Shown here: piece after piece, positions 40,645 through 45,982 of the stretch
Layout of the letters: the number at the start of each line of letters is the position of its first letter
Position numbering within the stretch: the first letter of the stretch is position 1
Virus record (IMG/VR): IMGVR_UViG_3300048908_000317
Length of the DNA stretch: 46,161 nt
Reading direction: 5' to 3' (one strand)
DNA from: a virus
Position numbers and translations under genes: made by a program
Notes under the pieces: model-generated
The model's database searches: none
What the model was told of the DNA's origin: nothing
What the model saw: the letters and a program-made list of their open reading frames with translations, nothing else

Positions 40645-41067
40645 TCAAGTTGTCTCGGGCTCCTCGACGCCGATGCCCTGCTGGGTCGCGTAGGCGACGA
40701 CGTATTCGAGAAGCTCCGCGCACTCGGCTTTCGTGAGCGCGCTCGTTCGCTTCGGGACGAGGTCGACGCCCTGCCCGTCGATCGCGGGGATGATCAGCAC
40801 CGGCTCGCCGCGCTCGCGTGTCCAGGCCGCGACCAGTGCGCGCTTCCAGACCTCGGCGTCGTGCTGCTGGCCGCCGAGCGTGCAGTTCGCAGCGATCTCG
40901 CCGATCCAGGCGTGCAGGGCCGCGTTCTGGCCGGACGTGCGGCCCTCGGGCTTGATCGTGATGACCAGGCGATGGCCGGCAAGGAGCCAGGGCTTCGCCT
41001 CGCGCCACAGGGCTTGCAGGCGCTTGTGCGCTTGCTGGGCGTCAATGAGCATGGCGGTGACGTTCAT
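40645..41067 (-). CDS. ninB: NinB/Orf-family recombination mediator
   Basis: 140 aa. RTSGQNAALHAWIGEIA...HDAEVWKRALVAAW...KRTSALTKAECAELLEYVVAYATQQGI parallels lambda NinB (RSLDQNRKLWACLGDVS...LDAESWKCVFTAAL...STSRMRVGEFAELLELIQAFGTERGV). Confidence 0.6.
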   Translation of the reverse strand: MNVTAMLIDAQQAHKRLQALWREAKPWLLAGHRLVITIKPEGRTSGQNAALHAWIGEIAANCTLGGQQHDAEVWKRALVAAWTRERGEPVLIIPAIDGQGVDLVPKRTSALTKAECAELLEYVVAYATQQGIGVEEPETT

Positions 41068-41387
41068 GCGACCTCCTTGATCTCCGTGCGGCCCGCGGCG
41101 CGTGCGATCTGCTGCATCCGCTCGACGTACTCCCGCTCGAGCGCGCGGCGCTCCTCGCGGGTCATGTCGATGCACATGTCGTGCATCGCGTGGCAGCCCA
41201 TGTGCAGGCCATGCGGGCCGCACAGGGGGAAGGTGTCGAGGTCGCTGGTCTTCATCGAAAGGCCCTTGCCGAAGTTCGCGTGGGCGCACTGGCTGAAGCC
41301 GGCGATGCCGCACCCGAAGCACGGCTTCGATGCGACGAAGCGGCGGTAACCCTCCGAGCGCACGATGCGAGCCTTTGGGAACAACAT
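41064..41387 (-). CDS. DUF968/HNH-like zinc-finger nuclease-like protein
   Basis: 107 aa. RSEGYRRFVASKPCFGCG...CAHANFGKGLSMKTSDLDTFPLCGPHGLHMGCH pattern. Confidence 0.5.
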   Translation of the reverse strand: MLFPKARIVRSEGYRRFVASKPCFGCGIAGFSQCAHANFGKGLSMKTSDLDTFPLCGPHGLHMGCHAMHDMCIDMTREERRALEREYVERMQQIARAAGRTEIKEVA

Positions 41388-42193
41388 CACGCGGCCTTGC
41401 GCTCTGCGTTGAGCTTGGCCTGGGCCGCCTCTTCCTCGTCGTGCAGCCGCTTCATGGCGGTGCGCAGCGCGGAGTGCGGCTTGAGGATCGACCACAGCGC
41501 CAGCTTCTCGTCGTTGTCGGTGATGGCCGACACCTCGCCGTAGGCGTCGATCTCGCGGCTCTCGTTGAAGGCCTGGAGCGCCGCATTCGCGACCGCGCGC
41601 ACGACCTTGTACCGGGCCGGCGTCAGGCCGAAATTGCGCGGGGCATCAACGGGCTCGTTGCCCGCTTCCGCCTGGCCGCCCGACGCAGCCACGCCCCGCC
41701 CCGCCGGCTCGGCCGGCTCCTTCGTGTCGTCGTCCTTGTGGAGGTCGCCCTTGTGCCACAGCTCCAGCGCGGCGCCGAAACGCATCGCGGCATTGCGCAG
41801 CGCGTCGCCGATCACTTCCTTGATCGCGTCGCCGCCGTTCTTGTCCCCGGCGTGGCCGTAGCCCAGGCGCGTCACCCCACAGACGGTGAGCCTGATCCAC
41901 ATGCCGCCAAACCCGTCGAACGTCGGCAGGCCTTCGGGGCTCATGGTCAGCGGCTCCCACGACCAGGACGGATCGGCATCGAGCAGGCGGTCGGTGAGCG
42001 CGGCGTGGCCGACATAGTCCAGGTGCACAGCGCGCTTGTGGTGCCAGGAACCGCAGATTTGGCAGTTGATCGCGGAATCGCGGTTCGCCTTGCGCTCGTC
42101 GATCTGGGCTCTGCTCTCCTTCGGGAGCCGGCTGATCTGGTGGGCTGGGAAGGGCTCGCGCAGCTTCGCGAGGCCCGGATGGATCTCGGACAT
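41387..42193 (-). CDS. Rad52/Sak-like single-strand annealing protein
   Basis: 268 aa. LREPFPAHQISRLP N-terminus and GDAIKEVIGDALRNAAMRFGAALELW motif (compare the G..K.A.SDALKR.A..FG pattern of Rad52-type SSAPs). Confidence 0.5.
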   Translation of the reverse strand: MSEIHPGLAKLREPFPAHQISRLPKESRAQIDERKANRDSAINCQICGSWHHKRAVHLDYVGHAALTDRLLDADPSWSWEPLTMSPEGLPTFDGFGGMWIRLTVCGVTRLGYGHAGDKNGGDAIKEVIGDALRNAAMRFGAALELWHKGDLHKDDDTKEPAEPAGRGVAASGGQAEAGNEPVDAPRNFGLTPARYKVVRAVANAALQAFNESREIDAYGEVSAITDNDEKLALWSILKPHSALRTAMKRLHDEEEAAQAKLNAERKAA

Positions 42194-42203
42194 GGAATCT
42201 CCT

Positions 42204-42326
42204 TCAGAAGGGCAGGCCGCGGAACGCGATGTCGAACGCGATGCGGGCGGCGTAGCGCCACGAGTGGGCGCGGCGGTACTGCCACCACACGGCGGCGAAT
42301 TCGGCGCAGGCGCGCACGGCGTTCAC
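42204..42326 (-). CDS. Tiny ORF (40 aa), amphipathic
   Basis: GTG start with AGGAG 10 nt upstream. VNAVRACAEFAAVWWQYRRAHSWRYAARIAFDIAFRGLPF. GTGA overlap with the upstream tiny ORF. Confidence 0.3.
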   Translation of the reverse strand: MNAVRACAEFAAVWWQYRRAHSWRYAARIAFDIAFRGLPF

Positions 42327-42436
42327 AGCGGGATGCTCCTGTGCTTGAGGCAGTACACGAGTGCGGCAAGGAAGCGCCGCGCGCGACGACGGACGGGAAT
42401 CCGGCCGCCAGTGATCGTCACGGGCACGCCTTTCAC
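42323..42436 (-). CDS. Tiny ORF (37 aa), basic
   Basis: GTG overlapping the stop of the 47-aa ORF. VKGVPVTITGGRIPVRRRARRFLAALVYCLKHRSIPL. Confidence 0.25.
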   Translation of the reverse strand: MKGVPVTITGGRIPVRRRARRFLAALVYCLKHRSIPL

Positions 42437-42576
42437 AGCAACACCTGCGAGGCGATGTTGACCAGCGCCATGGAACAGAGGATCGACACGATCGTCACGA
42501 CGATGTAGACGATCACCGCCGATGCGCCTCGGCGCGGCTCGGGCCGGAAGTGCATGCGGAGCCAGTGCGGGCGCAT
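42433..42576 (-). CDS. Small membrane peptide (47 aa)
   Basis: GGGAGGA RBS. MRPHWLRMHFRPEPRRGASAVIVYIVVTIVSILCSMALVNIASQVLL. One TM helix. Confidence 0.5.
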   Translation of the reverse strand: MRPHWLRMHFRPEPRRGASAVIVYIVVTIVSILCSMALVNIASQVLL

Positions 42577-42680
42577 CACTCGTCCTCCCCGAACTCATGG
42601 CGCAGGCCGGCGATGATCGCCACGACGAACACGATCGTGGCGCCCGTGGCGATGCCAATGAAGAATGCGGCGGCGACCAT
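42576..42680 (-). CDS. Small membrane peptide (34 aa)
   Basis: GGAG RBS. MVAAAFFIGIATGATIVFVVAIIAGLRHEFGEDE. TGATG overlap with the next ORF. Confidence 0.5.
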   Translation of the reverse strand: MVAAAFFIGIATGATIVFVVAIIAGLRHEFGEDE

Positions 42681-42682
42681 GA

Positions 42683-42865
42683 TCAGCTCCACGGGTTGAG
42701 CAACGCGTGCACTTCCAGCGCGCACATCGCAACGATGGCGATCACCATCAGGCCGAGGGCGATGCCCGAGATCACCTCCAGCACCGCGTCGAGCAGCGTC
42801 GGGTCGCGCTCGTTCTCATAGGGCGGCCCTTGCATGGCGCGCTCGGTGGCGGTGATCTCACGCAT
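42683..42865 (-). CDS. Small membrane protein (60 aa)
   Basis: AAGGAG RBS before ATG 42865. TM ISGIALGLMVIAIVAMCAL. Confidence 0.55.
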   Translation of the reverse strand: MREITATERAMQGPPYENERDPTLLDAVLEVISGIALGLMVIAIVAMCALEVHALLNPWS

Positions 42866-43079
42866 GGCCCTTCTCCTTCGGGTAGAGCACTTCCCACATG
42901 GCATCGCCGAGTTCACGCCGCGCGCGGGCCTCCGCGAGCCTCGTCGTGATGTCCGAGACGTTCTGCTCGACCAAAGTGACACCGCGGAAATGGGCCATCG
43001 CCTTCTGGATGTCGTCGGCCATTTCCTGCGACACGTCGTAGGCGAGGAAGACGGTGAAGGAGTGGATGCGGTCAGCCAT
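42858..43079 (-). CDS. Hypothetical protein
   Basis: 73 aa from ATG 43079. Confidence 0.55.
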   Translation of the reverse strand: MADRIHSFTVFLAYDVSQEMADDIQKAMAHFRGVTLVEQNVSDITTRLAEARARRELGDAMWEVLYPKEKGHA

Positions 43080-43269
43080 GGTGGTTCGCCTCGGCTGCGA
43101 AGTCCGCGTGATCGAACCGCTCCCTCGGCGCGCGCTCCTGGCGAACGTGGTCGTTGCGGCCCAGCGTGAGCCCGAACAGGAACGCCTCGCGCGCCAGGAC
43201 TTCCGGGCGAAGGTGCTTGTGTGCTTCATGCCATGAGGCCCATGAGGCGTCGCGTGTGGTGGATGTCAT
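43072..43269 (-). CDS. Hypothetical protein
   Basis: 65 aa. AAGGAG RBS. Confidence 0.5.
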   Translation of the reverse strand: MTSTTRDASWASWHEAHKHLRPEVLAREAFLFGLTLGRNDHVRQERAPRERFDHADFAAEANHHG

Positions 43270-43556
43270 CCCAGCTCCTTCGGGTCGACGCCGGCCGCAA
43301 CGAGCGCGGCGCGGCATTGGCTGATCTCTTCCTCGCTGCCCAAGATCAGGACGTAGTCCCAGGCCTTGAGCAGGGCGGTCAGGAGCTCCGGGAGCGCCGC
43401 GATCGCCCGCTGCACTCGGTCGGCCTCCTCGACGCCGATCCCGCCGCTGAATACCTCGCAGATGAGGAGGCATCCCGGGTCGTCTGTGACGACCATTCGA
43501 TGGTTGGTAACCTTCCAGCGCTTCTGCAGCGCCGGCGTGTGCTTCGCGGCGCTCAT
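43266..43556 (-). CDS. Hypothetical protein
   Basis: 96 aa. GGAG RBS. ATGA overlaps on both sides. Confidence 0.55.
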   Translation of the reverse strand: MSAAKHTPALQKRWKVTNHRMVVTDDPGCLLICEVFSGGIGVEEADRVQRAIAALPELLTALLKAWDYVLILGSEEEISQCRAALVAAGVDPKELG

Positions 43557-43918
43557 GACTGCATCTCCATCAGCGGCCCGAACTGCGCTTCCAGCACGCC
43601 GAGGGCGTTCTGTTGGCCGATCTCTGCGGCGAGGGCGAAGCGCAGGTTGTTGACGCGGGCGACCAGAGATTCCGACGTCGTCGTCTGGAGCACTTGCAGG
43701 AGGTGCCACATCACGCCGTCTTCTGACAGCGCCATGCCGACGGCCTGACCGATCGGCTCCTGGTATTCGACCGTGCGCGAGTCGACGCACCCCGGCGTGT
43801 ACTTCGTGTAGGAGCCTGTCACCGTCGCCAGCCCGCGGGCCATCGCGACCTCGGCCTCTTGCTTCAGCTCCTCGGCCTTCGCGGCTTCGAATGCTTCGAT
43901 CGATGCGTTGCGGGCCAT
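43553..43918 (-). CDS. Hypothetical protein
   Basis: 121 aa. GGAGG RBS. Starts 1 nt after the pentapeptide gene stop. Confidence 0.6.
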   Translation of the reverse strand: MARNASIEAFEAAKAEELKQEAEVAMARGLATVTGSYTKYTPGCVDSRTVEYQEPIGQAVGMALSEDGVMWHLLQVLQTTTSESLVARVNNLRFALAAEIGQQNALGVLEAQFGPLMEMQS

Positions 43919-43919
43919 G

Positions 43920-44732
43920 TCAAGCCTCCACTGCCGCTTGCAGCAGCGCCGTGAATTCGTCGATCCACTCGACGGCCAACTTCGAGGCGCTGTTCGTCTC
44001 GGGCGTATCGCCGCGCTTGATCGCGAAGAAGAAGGATTCCGCCGGCCTGCCGCTGTCAGGCGTGATGCCGGCACCCAGCTCTTGATAGTTCGCGCCGCGC
44101 GCGTTCGCGATCGTGCCGACGAGGCAGGCGCACTCGCCTTCGTAGACCGAGCCATCGACCTTGCCGGCAATGAGTGCCGCGCGCAGGGCTGCGACCTCCT
44201 TCGGCGCACGAAGCAGGATGTCGAAGACATCCGCCTTGACCGCGCTCAGGTTGGCGTCGCTCAGGTAGGCGCCGCTCAGGTTGGCGTCGCTCAGGTTGGC
44301 GCCGCTCAGGTTGGCGCCGCTCAGGTTGGCGTCGCTCAGGTTGGCGCCGCGCAGGTTGGCGCCGCGCAGGTTGGCGCCGCTCAGGTTGGCGCCGCCCAGG
44401 TTGGCGTCGCCCAGGTTGGCGCCGCCCAGGTTGGCGTCGCCCAGGTTGGCGCCGCTCAGGTCGGCGCCGCGCAGGTTGGCGCCGCTCAGGTCGGCGCCGC
44501 CCAGGTTGGCGCCGCTCAGGTCGGCGCCGCCCAGGTTGGCGCCGCGCAGGTTGGCGTCGCTCAGGTTGGCGCCGCGCAGGTTGGCGCCGCGCAGGTAGGC
44601 GCCGCTCGCAGTCGCGGCTTCGAGCGCATGCCGCATCTCCATACCGCTCTCGACGCCCTCGGGGACTTCGTAGGTGAACAGCACGCGAGACGAATCCCAG
44701 CGGCTGACGATTTGCACGGTGCGCTCGGCCAT
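43920..44732 (-). CDS. Pentapeptide-repeat protein (first gene of the leftward early operon)
   Basis: 270 aa from ATG 44732 (GGAGG RBS). Small N-terminal domain, 24 tandem A(N/D/Y)L(S/R/G)(G/D) pentapeptides, then a ~105-aa C-terminal domain (CACLVGTIA...). Confidence 0.85.
   Translation of the reverse strand: MAERTVQIVSRWDSSRVLFTYEVPEGVESGMEMRHALEAATASGAYLRGANLRGANLSDANLRGANLGGADLSGANLGGADLSGANLRGADLSGANLGDANLGGANLGDANLGGANLSGANLRGANLRGANLSDANLSGANLSGANLSDANLSGAYLSDANLSAVKADVFDILLRAPKEVAALRAALIAGKVDGSVYEGECACLVGTIANARGANYQELGAGITPDSGRPAESFFFAIKRGDTPETNSASKLAVEWIDEFTALLQAAVEA
44247..44606 (-). repeat. 24 x 15-nt tandem repeat (plus-strand unit caggttggcgccgct) encoding the pentapeptide array
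   Basis: Units counted directly. Differences are confined to three positions of the unit. Confidence 0.95.
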
Positions 44733-44784
44733 CTCGCCTCCTACCGGCCCCCGCTCGGCGAGCGTTTCTGGAACCGTTGGAGGC

Positions 44785-44821
44785 AATGTAATGCGTATCC
44801 GCCTAACATGCAAGGCGGATA
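44785..44821 (-). promoter_or_regulatory. Predicted PL promoter (TTGCAT-17-TACATT on the minus strand) overlapped by operator TATCCGCCT-N8-AGGCGGATA
   Basis: Inverted repeat at 44796-44821 read directly. Hexamers at 44813-44808 and 44790-44785. The same half-site occurs in the cI/cro intergenic region. Confidence 0.5.
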
Positions 44822-44845
44822 AGCCTAAGACGTGACGCGCCGCTA

Positions 44846-44869
44846 GGACATTGTCGTTATGACAATGCC
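44846..44869 (-). terminator. Hairpin downstream of the cI operon (possible terminator/insulator)
   Basis: GGCATTGTC-ataac-GACAATGTCC on the minus strand, 6 nt after the 81-aa gene stop. No clear U-tract. Confidence 0.3.
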
Positions 44870-44874
44870 GGACG

Positions 44875-45120
44875 TTATTCCAATCCGTTCCGTACGCGCT
44901 GGGCGAGCTGGTCGTCGAGCGTGGCGAGCATGCCCCGGCTGAAGGTCGGGTTGCGGTGCGCCTCGCCGGCCGTGTTTGTGATGTACGCGCGGCGCTTGAG
45001 CATGGCCGCGAATGCGATGCCGATGATTTCGCCCTTGCGGGCCTCGGCGAGCAGCGTCTCCAGGCACTCGATGGTGTCGCGCGAGACGATGTCCTGTACC
45101 AGGACGAATGGCGGTTTCAT
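44875..45120 (-). CDS. Hypothetical protein co-transcribed and translationally coupled with the repressor
   Basis: 81 aa. GGAGGG RBS inside the cI 3-prime end. ATGA overlap with the cI stop. Confidence 0.6.
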   Translation of the reverse strand: MKPPFVLVQDIVSRDTIECLETLLAEARKGEIIGIAFAAMLKRRAYITNTAGEAHRNPTFSRGMLATLDDQLAQRVRNGLE

Positions 45121-45506
45121 TTCTTGGTGACCCTCCGCTTCGGAACCCCGTTCCCAATCCAACGGTCGCCTCCCACTGGGATGGCGCCTATCTGTCGCTG
45201 CATCTCCGTCAGCGATTCCTTCAGCCGCTCCGTGGCCGACGCCTCCAGCAGCATCGGTGGGTGCGCGGGCGCGAAGTCCGGAACCATGAGCTGCCAGCCG
45301 GCCAGGTGCCATCCCTTATCGTTCAGGGCATCCACGATGGCCGCGATCATGACCTCTGTGGGGCTAATGCTCCCGTTGACGATCCGGTTGACCGTGCTCT
45401 GTACGAGCCCGTACTTTGCCGAGAACCCGTTCACGGAAAGTCCCTCGAAGTCGCATAGCCGCTTGAGGTTCGCCCCGACAGTTCCGATAACGCGTTCCTT
45501 GCCCAT
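45117..45506 (-). CDS. XRE-family HTH repressor (cI-like), no autocleavage domain
   Basis: 129 aa from ATG 45506. GANLKRLCDFEGLSVNGFSAKYGLVQSTVNRIVNGSISP is an XRE HTH. Divergent from the cro-like gene. No S24 Ser/Lys motifs. No SD upstream. Confidence 0.7.
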   Translation of the reverse strand: MGKERVIGTVGANLKRLCDFEGLSVNGFSAKYGLVQSTVNRIVNGSISPTEVMIAAIVDALNDKGWHLAGWQLMVPDFAPAHPPMLLEASATERLKESLTEMQRQIGAIPVGGDRWIGNGVPKRRVTKK

Positions 45507-45520
45507 CCGTGAATGATGCC

Positions 45521-45572
45521 GATCCGCCTTAGGCGGAAAAGCTTTGCAATCTAAGGCGGATGTGCCTAAGAT
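45521..45572 (+). promoter_or_regulatory. Predicted PR promoter (TTGCAA-17-TAAGAT) with operator half-sites
   Basis: Palindrome ATCCGCCT-t-AGGCGGA at 45522-45537. AAGGCGGAT at 45553-45561 inside the 17-nt spacer, in the same relative position as in PL. Confidence 0.5.
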
Positions 45573-45579
45573 GCGGGGC

Positions 45580-45816
45580 ATGACACTATCCAGCATCGTT
45601 TCACGCCTCCAGGCTTGCCGGAACTCCGGTGCGTGGGAACGCATCGCGAAGCGGGCAGATGTCAACTACGGGACGATCTCGCGCATCGTCTGCGGCCGGC
45701 TTCAAAACCCGGGCGTCCTGACCTGCGAAAAGATCGAACGCGCGATGGATGCCGAGGGCATTCCGGTCGCTGCCCAATCCGCCGAGCCCGCTACCGCGGT
45801 GGCCGGGGAGGGGTAG
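45580..45816 (+). CDS. Cro-like HTH regulator
   Basis: 78 aa from ATG 45580 (alternative ATG at 45571). ERIAKRADVNYGTISRIVCGRL is an HTH. Divergent from the repressor. Confidence 0.6.
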   Translation: MTLSSIVSRLQACRNSGAWERIAKRADVNYGTISRIVCGRLQNPGVLTCEKIERAMDAEGIPVAAQSAEPATAVAGEG

Positions 45817-45981
45817 ATGCGCAGTCTCCTCGACGACGTGCTCGAAGGCCTCGCGGCCATCGTCATCGCTGGTGTTGCGCTGTGCATCGGCCTCGCGGTG
45901 TTGTGGGTCGTCTGCTACTTCGCTGGCGGGCTGTGGGTGTCTCTGCAGGCGCTGTGGCCGTTCGTCGAGGAGTGTTGCTGA
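45817..45981 (+). CDS. Small membrane protein (54 aa)
   Basis: GGGGAGGGG RBS. MRSLLDDVLEGLAAIVIAGVALCIGLAVLWVVCYFAGGLWVSLQALWPFVEECC. Starts 1 nt after the cro-like stop. Confidence 0.55.
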   Translation: MRSLLDDVLEGLAAIVIAGVALCIGLAVLWVVCYFAGGLWVSLQALWPFVEECC

Positions 45982-45982
45982 C

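Noticed and set aside
44247-44606. Regular 15-nt tandem array considered as a CRISPR-like or satellite element
   Set aside because: There are no spacers and the units are contiguous. The array is in frame inside a 270-aa ORF with an RBS, and each unit encodes one A(N/D)LxG pentapeptide. It is therefore a coding repeat, not a CRISPR array.
43908-44822. Plus-strand ORFs (304 aa [10 protein letters not shown]..., and 105 aa LAPLRLAP...) across the repeat
   Set aside because: These are mirror translations of the pentapeptide array on the wrong strand. They have no RBS and run against the direction of the operon.
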